A DNA stretch of 63,960 nucleotides, the filler included, from Globobulimina sp. (taxonomy: Eukaryota), in NCBI GenBank assembly GCA_003354225.1. It is 25 parts of 25 records of this genome, joined end to end, with 100 filler letters (N's around TTAATTAATTAA, not from the genome) between each part and the next. Parts side by side here need not be neighbours in the genome. Positions count along the whole stretch, not along the records: positions 1 to 2,464 come from PIVH01006546.1; positions 2,565 to 5,028 come from PIVH01006547.1; positions 5,129 to 7,592 come from PIVH01006548.1; positions 7,693 to 10,155 come from PIVH01006549.1; positions 10,256 to 12,718 come from PIVH01006550.1; 20 more parts are not named here. One strand, written 5' to 3'. A model generated the notes under the pieces. That model saw nothing but the letters and a program-made list of their open reading frames with translations, did not search any database and was not told the DNA's origin. Shown here piece after piece: positions 1 through 10,256 of this stretch (its first letter is position 1; each line of letters begins with the position of its first letter). A program made the position numbers and the translations under genes.

Positions 1-56
1 TGAAATGGCACTGAATTAGTGATTTTACTTTCTTTTCACTTAAATGCACTAACTCT
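1..56 (-). mobile_element. MITE terminus (48-bp terminal inverted repeat at 9-56)
   Basis: 9-56 matches 33502-33549 with 2 mismatches; reverse complement of 1-18 equals 33320-33337. Confidence 0.8.
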
Positions 57-153
57 TATGAGATTGTGACAGATAAAGTGTATGAAGACGATCATGGAAA
101 TCATTTTTTACTAAGTTTTTGAATTTTGTAGTTTAATATAAGAGCCGTCAACC

Positions 154-924
154 ATGTCAAACTGGACAGGCACTAAGAACCCAGGCAAGTTAAACACTTC
201 AATGTGGGAGACAGCATTTAAAAAATCCCCGGACAAACCCAAATCACCTGACAAACCAAAAAAAGTCAATTTATACGGTAAATCATTCTATGCTGACAAA
301 GATGCAGAGACTTCACCCAATGCATCACAAGAAGCACCCAAAGCTGTTATAGTAACAAGTACTAGTTCTCCAGAGCCAGATGATGATAATAAGGACAATT
401 TGATCCAAGTACGTGGCACATGTATCCAATTAGGCTGTCAATGTGTGAGATATACTGAGAATCCAAGCAAATGGAGCAAAGGCAAATGTAAATGTGGCCA
501 TCCTCCAATTAAACATAAACAAGCATGGGTGAAAAAAGAAGATGCTATGGGCTCACCACGCTCACCACGCTCACCTCGGTCACCTGCTGCTGCACTACAA
601 AAATCCCCACCTACATCGCCCAAAAAAGAGCCACAAACACAACCTACACCACCGGAATCGGCAGAAGAGGAATTGGATAATTTATGGGGTGAGGAATTCA
701 CGGATAGATTGGAAGAATGTGTGACAAACACATTTGGTTATGATGGAACATCGATATTGGAAGCAAAATATTTATTGCATTATTTAAAAAAACGGGTAAA
801 TTTCAGCTTTGCCGGACAGAAACAGCATAGAGATGCATTAAAATATGTATCGGTGCAGAGATTTGGATGGAAAGTTATTGGTACCTATGGCTACAATGTT
901 TGTGTGTTGGAGAGAGAGGACTGA
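154..924 (+). CDS. Pro/Ser-rich protein with a Cys/His zinc-binding-like motif
   Basis: Intact 256-aa ORF; CIQLGCQC...CKCGH...H motif; SPR repeats. Confidence 0.6.
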   Translation: MSNWTGTKNPGKLNTSMWETAFKKSPDKPKSPDKPKKVNLYGKSFYADKDAETSPNASQEAPKAVIVTSTSSPEPDDDNKDNLIQVRGTCIQLGCQCVRYTENPSKWSKGKCKCGHPPIKHKQAWVKKEDAMGSPRSPRSPRSPAAALQKSPPTSPKKEPQTQPTPPESAEEELDNLWGEEFTDRLEECVTNTFGYDGTSILEAKYLLHYLKKRVNFSFAGQKQHRDALKYVSVQRFGWKVIGTYGYNVCVLERED

Positions 925-1278
925 TGCTTGATTATTGACATATATTTGAGTTTTATTTTTGATGTATATTTTAAATATGTAAACACGTTTTTGTTTAATG
1001 GATTTGTTGTATATAATTTTGTTTTTTTCTATGCATTGTTTTGTTTACTGTTTATAAAGTTTAAATAAATGTAATTTATTTCATAGTCAAGTCAAATACG
1101 GCATATTCTTATAGTTGTAACCTGAAATTGATCTGCATTGAGATCTTATACACTAGAAACGGATGACCTTTTTTGTACACGTTTCCATTAAAACATGTAC
1201 AAAAAAAACGCAATTTCGCACAAATGTGGTTTACTTATTAATATAATATTTATAATTAACTATAAATAATTTACAATG

Positions 1279-2021
1279 TTATGCTTGCCATGTAATTGAG
1301 ACAGAAGTTTCACTTAATATATGAGCTCTGTTGTTACATTTATTTGTTCGATATCCGGTGGTCCAAACAGGACTTTTTTCCAACACACCATTGTATGTAA
1401 TACTGATATTATAAAATGTGACACCATTATCGGGTGGATATTGTGCACAGTCCGTACATGAATGCTCAAATACAAAATAAGCGATTGTGTATAATTTATA
1501 AACACCGTTAGTCTCTTGTACCGGTATGGTAGTCTCAACAAATTGTTTGGTTCTTGTGTTTTCGACATGCATTAAATACGCATTTCTTGTATAATTAATC
1601 CATGAATAGATTACATCGCCAGGTGAGGTGCTAACTGTTTTGGATTTTGTATCATGCGATGGATGCCATTGATAATATTCATTCATAACAATCCAATTAT
1701 CACTGCCTGTATTTTAATACCGTTATTTACGATGGACAACATTTTTAATTAAAACAAACAAAATATTGTACCTGAATTATGCCAAACATTTACTGGTTGG
1801 ATTAAATTGAAATTATCTGATGATTCAATACCAAACCACGGACAAAATCGACAACCACCTCTTGTTGGATTAGCTGCATTTTTCCAATATGCTTCAATGC
1901 GCGTAATCATTTCATGTGTATTGTTAGCTTTCACTGCTTTGGCATAACCTAACCATCCACTTGCTGGATCTTGACCAAATACACATGATAATAAGAATAA
2001 AAAAGTTACCAAGGATTGCAT
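1279..2021 (-). CDS. Secreted glutamic-peptidase (G1/eqolisin-fold)-like protein, 2 exons
   Basis: Signal-peptide-like N-terminus; GT-AG intron 1707-1771 joins the two ORFs in frame; WFGIE..LIQPV, SPGDVI and YFVFEH parallel G1 motifs with catalytic Q/E. Confidence 0.55.
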
Positions 2022-2134
2022 GTTTTACGTTGAGGTTTTTCAAAAAAAGGTTGATGTTAAATTAAAAACTTTTTTTTGACCTAAAACCATGCAACCAACA
2101 AAACAAAATCTCCTTTAAATTGAAGAATCGATAA

Positions 2135-2464
2135 ATGGATGAATATCATCAAAACGATGAAGAATTAAATTTAACGCTTCAAAATTTACGAAAACCTCCA
2201 TTAAATATTTCATTACCAATCACAACATTAATATTAACAAACAATAAATGTGCAAGATTACAATTTTTAAAACGACCACATTTCCACAGTTTAAAATGTT
2301 TAGAATTAGATGGTAACGAACTAAATAATATCAACAATTTCCCACAATTAACGTCGTTACAAACCTTAAACTTAAATGATAACAACATAGAGAATTTGAG
2401 TAAATTACTGAAAATATTACGTAAACATTATTATTTAATCCAATATGTCCAAAAATTGGCAACC
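2135..2464 (+). CDS. Leucine-rich repeat protein (LRMDA-like), 3' partial/disrupted
   Basis: LxxLxLxxN repeats; expected LLFNPICP cap appears in another frame near 2428-2451. Confidence 0.65.
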
Positions 2465-2564
2465 NNNNNNNNNNNNNNNNNNNNNNNNNNNNNNNNNNNN
2501 NNNNNNNNTTAATTAATTAANNNNNNNNNNNNNNNNNNNNNNNNNNNNNNNNNNNNNNNNNNNN
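2465..2564. other. Artificial contig spacer (first of 24, recurring about every 2562 bp)
   Basis: N44-TTAATTAATTAA-N44, with stops in all six frames; contig lengths fall monotonically from 2464 to 2461. Confidence 0.99.
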
Positions 2565-2643
2565 GAATTTTTATCTTTTTTAGGGAGAATTGTTTTATGG
2601 GTGTTTGAATGGACAATCAATGTAATTTGTTTTTGTATATTTT
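2565..2643 (+). repeat. Inverted duplicate of 3168-3246 (probable fold-back chimera)
   Basis: Reverse-complement match of about 79 bp with one mismatch, at a contig end. Confidence 0.85.
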
Positions 2644-3264
2644 CTTAAACTGTTTAAAGAAATGATATGTTCGCGTTGGTATAAATATACTCAGCACTCC
2701 TTGAGGAATAACTAAAATATCTAATATTCCAAAAATAAAATTGCACACTAATTTCCTTCTTAATTTGCAGTAATTATCATCTAAGTAATCATCAAAATGG
2801 TACGTTAATATTCGACAGAATGCGAAAAACCGTGTTGGCATCGCCATTGATAAAATACCAACGCTTAAACAGAACAAATCTAATAAACCAATCCATGCAT
2901 TTATAAATAAAATGTATCGGACTTCAGGAACATATTCAAAGTCCGCATAGTTTGAAGAGTTGTTATACGCTTTGGCACAACCTCTGATTGTGTGGACATA
3001 TCTCGTAGGTATCACTAATGAAATGACAGCAAATGGGCATACTAAAATATCTAAAATTGCCAGACCTAAATGAGCTACCGATGTTATACGAAAATCACCG
3101 ATTGACGTATTATTCAAAACATCTTTTAATATCCATATTGTTGTCCAGATGAAACATAACGAGACTAAAAATATACAAAAACAAATTACATTGATTGTCC
3201 ATTCAAACACCCATAAAACAATTCTTCCTAAAAAAGATAAAAATTCTTGTAATTCATTGGACAT
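2617..3264 (-). CDS. Repetitive multi-pass membrane protein, 3' end cut by the inversion
   Basis: Three R..(G/A)(I/L)LD...PTR hydrophobic repeats; same unit as 25634-28095. Confidence 0.65.
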   Translation of the reverse strand: MSNELQEFLSFLGRIVLWVFEWTINVICFCIFLVSLCFIWTTIWILKDVLNNTSIGDFRITSVAHLGLAILDILVCPFAVISLVIPTRYVHTIRGCAKAYNNSSNYADFEYVPEVRYILFINAWIGLLDLFCLSVGILSMAMPTRFFAFCRILTYHFDDYLDDNYCKLRRKLVCNFIFGILDILVIPQGVLSIFIPTRTYHFFKQFKKIYKNKLH

Positions 3265-3456
3265 GATATGATGTCTAGCTTCGAGCTAGATTAAAAAAAA
3301 GGCATTAACAGTTTGTATTACGGATGGAAGATTAAACAAATTAGAAATATGATTGAAATATAATTATGCACAGAAATGGAAACGATCGATAGAAAATAGC
3401 ATATAATTATAAGAAAAAAAAATATTAAAAATTATAAATACTATAGCCTTTATTTT

Positions 3457-4911
3457 CTATACATTGTTAAAAAATTGCAGGAACACTTTACTAAATTTCA
3501 CCCAATCTTTGTTGGATTTGTTAACAACTAAATAACAAACATCTTCCAATGCAGATGACGACAAAGTACCTGGGCGATTCCCGTGCATTGCACCTAAGCC
3601 GTAAAACAATCTTTTCTGTTCATGTTGAGATAATCCAACATTCATTCTTTCGACCACTTTTAGCCATTTTTCAATTTTTATCGTTGCGCCATTGATATCT
3701 ACATGTTGCTGCCAATAATCTTCTACCTCAAAATCCAACTCTCCCTCACTCTCATCCTCATCATCCACATTATTTGTCTCAAATAGTAACCATTGTGAAT
3801 ATTCTCCAACTTGCTTGCTTTCATATGGTCGGACTCTGACAGCATAACATTGATCTAAACACAATTGGTCCACTTCATAATATGCCATATTATCCATAGC
3901 ATTCACTGTAAATGTTTGAACCAATTTAACGTTTTTATTTTTTTCTTGTGTAATATTTTCCATTTGTTTCTCATCTAAATGTCCTGCATATAATTCAATT
4001 TCATATTTTGTTGCCTTACTATTCTCATCTGATAATATTTCAATCCAAGCATTTTCATAAATGTTTTCGTTGATTAATGCCACAGTCGGTGCCGCCAAAT
4101 CAAATTTCATTTTATATTTGATACATCCCCATGATATTACATCGCTAATAATTGCTGATTTATCAATATTAAATTCAATTCGTTTCTGTTTTAAGTCATG
4201 AGCATTAAAATGTAATTGTTGTATTTGTAATAATGTCTCATCAATCAGTTTAACATTCAGATTTGAACGTTGTTGAACGGTATTAAATGAGTTTGAGTTT
4301 GAAGCAGAGTAGTTAGCAGAGGATGCATTTTGTGCTTTGATGACATTTTTACGATTATTCGCATTCTTTTCCAGTTCTGTGTTCAATTCATTTTTATATT
4401 TCTGCACTTTTTGATTCATCTCATTTAATAATACACTTTTTCTCTTTTCGACATTTGATATAATTTCATTAAATGAAGCATTTACAATCTGTAAATTGTT
4501 CATATGCTCTTTCTGTAAATTACTAATTAGATTTTGAATGGTGTTTTGTTGTTGTTTTAATTCTTGAAATTTATTATTTAAACTCATCATCGCCGTTTGT
4601 TCTGCTTCGGTTATAATTACTCGTTGAAATTGGATTTGTGGCTGTTGATTGTTGTCGTTTTGTTTTAATTTCATAATTTTGGATCGAACTCGTGGTATAT
4701 TGATAGCACTCAATCCCATGGCACTCAATACTTCGGTTAATTCATCACGTGGCATTTCAGCTAATTCAGACACCGATATGTGATTTTCTGTGAATACTGG
4801 TATTAAATGAGATAAATTATTCGATTTTAACCATAGACTTGTGCCCTTTTTGGGTTTTGGTGATTTCGACCCTGTTGGTGTCTGTCCTTCATGAATAAAA
4901 GCGTATGCCAT
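3457..4911 (-). CDS. SAM domain + coiled coil + FN3-like protein
   Basis: WLKSNNLSHLIPVFTENHI (SAM-like); heptad region; YEIELY and YAVRVRP (FN3-like). Confidence 0.7.
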   Translation of the reverse strand: MAYAFIHEGQTPTGSKSPKPKKGTSLWLKSNNLSHLIPVFTENHISVSELAEMPRDELTEVLSAMGLSAINIPRVRSKIMKLKQNDNNQQPQIQFQRVIITEAEQTAMMSLNNKFQELKQQQNTIQNLISNLQKEHMNNLQIVNASFNEIISNVEKRKSVLLNEMNQKVQKYKNELNTELEKNANNRKNVIKAQNASSANYSASNSNSFNTVQQRSNLNVKLIDETLLQIQQLHFNAHDLKQKRIEFNIDKSAIISDVISWGCIKYKMKFDLAAPTVALINENIYENAWIEILSDENSKATKYEIELYAGHLDEKQMENITQEKNKNVKLVQTFTVNAMDNMAYYEVDQLCLDQCYAVRVRPYESKQVGEYSQWLLFETNNVDDEDESEGELDFEVEDYWQQHVDINGATIKIEKWLKVVERMNVGLSQHEQKRLFYGLGAMHGNRPGTLSSSALEDVCYLVVNKSNKDWVKFSKVFLQFFNNV

Positions 4912-5569
4912 GATCTGTTGAATGTTGATACCTGCTCAAAAATTAAGGTTTTCTATCTGCAAAACCTTGGCCAACAACATAAAGCAGATTTGAATCATTA
5001 ATAACATCATAAACAATTTATTGAATTTNNNNNNNNNNNNNNNNNNNNNNNNNNNNNNNNNNNNNNNNNNNNTTAATTAATTAANNNNNNNNNNNNNNNN
5101 NNNNNNNNNNNNNNNNNNNNNNNNNNNNATCGGCGTGTCGGATTCCTGCGAGGAGATGTCGCGAAGACGCGGCTTGTCGCAGTCGGCGCCATGGCCCGTG
5201 GACTTGCTGTGCTGTTTGGGGATTGTTAGCGTGCTGTTTGGATTTAGCTTTTTGTGCGTTTTGTGGTGGATTTGCTGTGCGGATTGGGAGCGGTTGACAT
5301 GGTTTGCATGGTTCGAGGTTGTTTTGTGTGATTTGGTTCGGTGGTTTATATTTACGTTTGTTTGTTGTGACGGGAATGCAAATGTATGCTCTGTGGTTTT
5401 GTGTTGTATTTACATGTTGTATTTACATGTTGTATTTGCATGTGTTGTATATATAGGTTGGTGTAGAGGTATACCATTAGTGTCAGGATTATTGTAATAT
5501 TGGTAAAATTCGTGATTCATATTTGAAATTCGTTGTACTTTGACTAGCAATATGTAGCCAAACGAAGGG

Positions 5570-7434
5570 ATGGTAACTTTACTAAGAAAGTTGAAAAACG
5601 CACATAAAAAACACTTTGAAATCATGGATTGTTCATTATTTGATAAAGATGAACGGTTATGTTTGATAGCAACACCTAACAGTAACAACATGGGATGTGG
5701 TTGGTGCAATGATAAATGCATAGATCTTGAGTGTGAATGGAACTTTTTCGCAGGTTATGACGACTCCATATGTGATAATGGAGTGTCACTATCCACCTCA
5801 AGCAACGGCAAACATATTTGCGCTGGAAAAATAACATTATTTTATGCGTTAGTTTTGCTGCAACTTTTACTATTTGTAATACTAACAATCACCGTCTTGA
5901 CTTTTCATTGCAAATTCATGAAACTGTTCATCAACAAAGCATGTAATCCAAAGTTCAATTATCGCAAGAAATTTTCCTTCATTTTAGCTATATTCCATTA
6001 CATTGTCGCATTGTATGTCATCTCTACGCAACAATCCATTGCTATACTCATTCGTTTGTTATCTACAGAATTTTCGGCATCGTTACGTGTTTATATTCAT
6101 TCGTTTCCTTACAATCCGAAATAAATTCGAGCGTCGTGATTTGGCCTTACGTGGTATTACTAATCGCATGGTGTGACATTGGTGCCTTATTAGACATGAT
6201 TCCGTATTGGATATTACCATATAACACAAAAGAAAAAACAGGCAACACACTGCAGCTACAAAGCAAACGAAACAGAGTCGTATTATTTAAATTTATTGCA
6301 TTCACTGCCTATTTGCTTACGTATTTTTTGCTTGTATACGCAGCAATATTTTCCAACTCTGAATCGACACTGTTAATGTCGGCAATATTATGGTGAAAGC
6401 ATAAAAAACAACAAAAAGCAGCAGAAGAAGTAACGGACTCTGTTGCGGTTAATATGACGCCCAGTTTTTATGGAAAAAAAGGCACTCCGACGGAGGAATT
6501 TGCATTGAGCCCCTCGACGTATTCGCAGTTTTTAGTAAACCGCCCGTTGAGAAGTAATAGCGATCCGTCACAAAGTCACCGTAAATGGTCGATACTGTCG
6601 AATAAGAATCAGAATCAGCGGCAAAATGATTTGTTTTACTTTCAGTTATCTGCGGCTGACATGACTGTGAACCAAAGGGGTTATTGCGGCAAACACAGCA
6701 TTTCCAATGTTGATGATGCAAACATTAAATCGAAACAGCAACGCAGCAAATCATTGGCAAAAACTAAACACTGTAAAAGCAAACGGAAAAGACAGAGGAA
6801 TGCAGCGAATGCCGCGAATGCAGCAAATATTCGGATTGATCCATATCGGAGAGGATTTTATTTGTTTTTGTGGATGTTGGGGTTTGCTGTGAATATGTTA
6901 TCATATTTGGACTATAAACATTGCATGTTTTGGGATGTGAGCTTAATTATGTTTATTTATATTGTGTTTAAGCGATTTGATCATTTATTGATTGTAATTA
7001 TAAATCCAGCGCATAGGAAATGTTGTGCTAAGAAGCAAATTATTTGTGATGCTGCAGCTGCAGAGACAGGAATTGATGGTGTTGGTAATAATAATGATAT
7101 TGAACTGGATACGAAAGCAAATAAAAACGAGTTAAAGGAACCATTGATTGTGACACAAGATGGCTGCAATAATGACACAAATGAGAATCACAATGATGCA
7201 AAACAAGAGGAGTATGGCAGTGAGAGTCGCAGTGAAAGTGAGAGCAGTGACAGTGTGGGGATATATGGTCCCGGCTCATTGGCAGAGGGTAGAATGGACG
7301 AAGGATATATTGGTGATCGAATATTTGGTGTTCAAATGGATTTCGTTTCCTTCCCAACAGCGGGAATGGCTGCTAACACCAAAGCAAATACGTTAGGGAA
7401 TTTAGGCACAATTTATCAATCTCAAGCGTTATGA
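5570..7434 (+). pseudogene. Multi-pass membrane protein gene, interrupted
   Basis: Three consecutive ORFs linked by a 1-nt frameshift (~6120) and an in-frame TGA (6394-6396). Confidence 0.45.
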
Positions 7435-7591
7435 AATCCTCTTTAAAAAAGATGCGGCAAGTGAAAAACACTATGATGATCTTGTTGATGAACTTAATAT
7501 GCTTAAAATGGAAAAAGAGATTACTATCAGAAAAATTGAAAAATATGAACTTCAGGCTGCAAAGTATATAATACGTTCTCCATATGACGGG
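7406..7591 (+). other. Fragment resembling a bacterial HlyD/RND membrane-fusion protein
   Basis: AQFINLKRYEILFKKDAASEKHYDD...IIRSPYDG resembles the MFP helical hairpin and IxAPxDG motif. Confidence 0.5.
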
Positions 7592-7692
7592 CNNNNNNNN
7601 NNNNNNNNNNNNNNNNNNNNNNNNNNNNNNNNNNNNTTAATTAATTAANNNNNNNNNNNNNNNNNNNNNNNNNNNNNNNNNNNNNNNNNNNN

Positions 7693-8019
7693 AAACCATT
7701 TTTAACTGATTTAACTGGTAAACCGGTCATCGTCAAACTAAAATGGGGAATGGAATACAAAGGATATTTAGTTTCTGTTGATAATTACATGAATTTACAA
7801 GTATGTATTTTCCTTCATCCTTGCGCTTATTTCTAAACATTGATAAATAAACAAATTACCTACAAACAGTTAGCAAGTACAGAAGAATACATTGATGGGG
7901 AGTATGCGGGGAATTTAGGAGAGGTTTTGATTCGATGTAATAATGTTCTGTATTTAAGAGGAGTACCAGAAGAAGATGAGGATCAGGACGAAAACATGAA
8001 AGACAAAGAGGAAAAATAA
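7693..8019 (+). CDS. SNRPF: Small nuclear ribonucleoprotein F (SmF), 5' partial, 2 exons
   Basis: [46 protein letters not shown]...[17 protein letters not shown] intron 7801-7869; missed by the ORF track. Confidence 0.96.
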
Positions 8020-8180
8020 TTAAATACACCTGATTCGATTTACATTATTTAATCAATAATCACAATGTTCTAATCATATTCATTTCAACTGATGCGATAT
8101 TTGATAATCCTTGCAATCAAATTCTGTAGTACTGTTTTCTTTTAATTAAACATTTTTCACCAAAACTGTTGTCTGACTTC

Positions 8181-9092
8181 ATGGCAAACTCTGCAGTCGT
8201 GGCCATCACTGAGTTGATAACCTCATTTGAAACAGATAGATCACCCAAAAAAATTACTCTTACAACACGCGTGGTCAAGGTAGAAAAATTCAGTGATAAT
8301 TACCACGATTTTGATATAAATGAATTAATGGAAAACAAAAAATTAATGGAAGCGTTATTGATGGAACAAAAAGAGACTAAAAACAGCGATGAAATCATTC
8401 CCGTCAAAAAATCATATCTTCCATCGGATAAAGAATTGGAAATTATTAAAAATAACTTATCTGAGATGAAGGCTATTGAAATAAATGAACAATCCGCAAT
8501 CATAAATTATGAAACAAAGTTCAGAATTGATAGATTTCAATTTGCCATTCAATTCATGATATTTCCTAAATCATTCATTCATTGCTGGCTAGGATTTATA
8601 GCAACATTTAACAACAACAATGCAATGAGAATGCAAATGCAAATGGGTGGTATTGGCGGGGAACAAATGGGCGGACCTGTATCAATAACAAATGTTGTTA
8701 AAAAACATTATTTATCAAATTTAATGATATCTATACCGCATCGGAAGCCTTTAAGCGATGAATTTGGCAAAACAACAATGTCTTCCTTAGCATTAATATC
8801 AAGTCATGTCAATGATTCAAACAACAATAACATTCAGCAAATGGGTGATAATAATTTTATGTTGTCTTCAAATGACTTAGCACTGAAATTATCAAAAATG
8901 TTAACAAGAAGCAGCAAAAAAACAGTTCAAATCTCTGTGGATATCCCTTCGCAAATTTTAAATGCTCCAATATCAAACAGGAATAGATTAAGCCATACGG
9001 ATGGTTTAAAGGACACAAACATGCTATTTGAGATCGAGAAAACTGTTTTGAACATTTACAAAAATATTAGCACATCAACAAAAGCAATATAA
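8181..9092 (+). CDS. Proteasome assembly chaperone 4 (PAC4/PSMG4)-like
   Basis: Order of FIHCWLG, SNLMISIP, LALKLSK, KTVQIS and EIEK matches the PAC4 pattern, with insertions. Confidence 0.55.
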   Translation: MANSAVVAITELITSFETDRSPKKITLTTRVVKVEKFSDNYHDFDINELMENKKLMEALLMEQKETKNSDEIIPVKKSYLPSDKELEIIKNNLSEMKAIEINEQSAIINYETKFRIDRFQFAIQFMIFPKSFIHCWLGFIATFNNNNAMRMQMQMGGIGGEQMGGPVSITNVVKKHYLSNLMISIPHRKPLSDEFGKTTMSSLALISSHVNDSNNNNIQQMGDNNFMLSSNDLALKLSKMLTRSSKKTVQISVDIPSQILNAPISNRNRLSHTDGLKDTNMLFEIEKTVLNIYKNISTSTKAI

Positions 9093-9133
9093 CAAACAAC
9101 AAAAAAACAAACAGCGCCCCCATGATCACTACA

Positions 9134-9869
9134 CTATAAAAGTTTTCCGTCTGAATCAGCAAAAATGGGTTCAAAGATTTCCTCAGCCTCGCTATCTGTG
9201 ATATATGTATACGAGGAATGTGATGCTTCCTCATATTCCCATGATGTACTACTTTCCTCATTATCACCTACATTGTTTAAGACAACCATTAGTTTTTTAA
9301 ACTCATCGAAATCAATTCCTCCCGAGTTATCACTGTCCAATTCAACAAATAAAGCATCCAAATCATCCATATTAAGCGCTTCACCCAATGATGCTAACAA
9401 TGCGCCTAACTCTTCTTTTTCTATTAAGCCAGAACCGTCAGCATCAGCAATATTGAATGCAGCTTTCATATCTTCGTCAGTCATTTTATGATCTGCATTC
9501 GCATCGAAATCTATATCCACAATGACAGGCTTCATTAATACCACAAATTCATCCCAGTTTATTTGTCCATCACCGTCGGTATCATATTCTTCAACTAACT
9601 TTTCAAATTCATCACGAGTCATTCTGGGATCCAAATTTAACAAAATATCCAATAATTCGTCCTTTTCAATGCTGCCAGAGCCATCTTTATCAAATAACGC
9701 GAAGGCTTGTGTTTAACACATATTTTTTAATTGTTTTTAAATCGTTTCCATAGCATTTTTAAAATTCAAAAATGCCAAAATATTTAAAGCATGTAACATA
9801 TAGCATATCTTTCAGTTTTTCAATGTCTTTTTCATCAAGTTTGTGATCATCGACTGCGGATTGTGCCAT
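9134..9869 (-). CDS. Calmodulin-like 4-EF-hand protein (211 aa) with AT-AC intron 9709-9808
   Basis: EF loops DKDGSGSIEKDE, DTDGDGQINWDE, DADGSGLIEKEE, DSDNSGGIDFDE; exon 1 9809-9869. Confidence 0.9.
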
Positions 9870-10256
9870 GATCAGTATGTAGTTGGCTGAAATTTTCGCA
9901 ATTACGACTTGCAGTGTTGAGTGTTCGACAAAAGAAATATTTAAGTGACACAGTAATAACTAATAAATTGTATCAATATTAAATTGATTTAATATTACTC
10001 GCTGTTAGCAACACAAAGCAGTCAAACCACGCAATTACAAAACAATCACATAGATGAATGCATAAATAAAAAAATCTAAAAAAAAAATCACACAAAAACC
10101 ATTATAATTATATACAAACTAATGTAACATGAAAAAAAAGCGGAATTGCAGAAAANNNNNNNNNNNNNNNNNNNNNNNNNNNNNNNNNNNNNNNNNNNNT
10201 TAATTAATTAANNNNNNNNNNNNNNNNNNNNNNNNNNNNNNNNNNNNNNNNNNNNT

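Noticed and set aside
3274-3290. Perfect hairpin TCTAGCT-TCG-AGCTAGA upstream of an ATG
   Set aside because: 7-bp stem, single occurrence; can arise by chance
6394-6396. Alternative genetic code (TGA=Trp or ciliate-type)
   Set aside because: TAA, TAG and TGA all appear as terminators of recognisable or intact genes in this window
9165-9716. Plus-strand ORFs over the EF-hand gene, and similar antisense ORFs over the RT, TPR and tubulin genes
   Set aside because: Shadow frames of real genes, with no independent motifs
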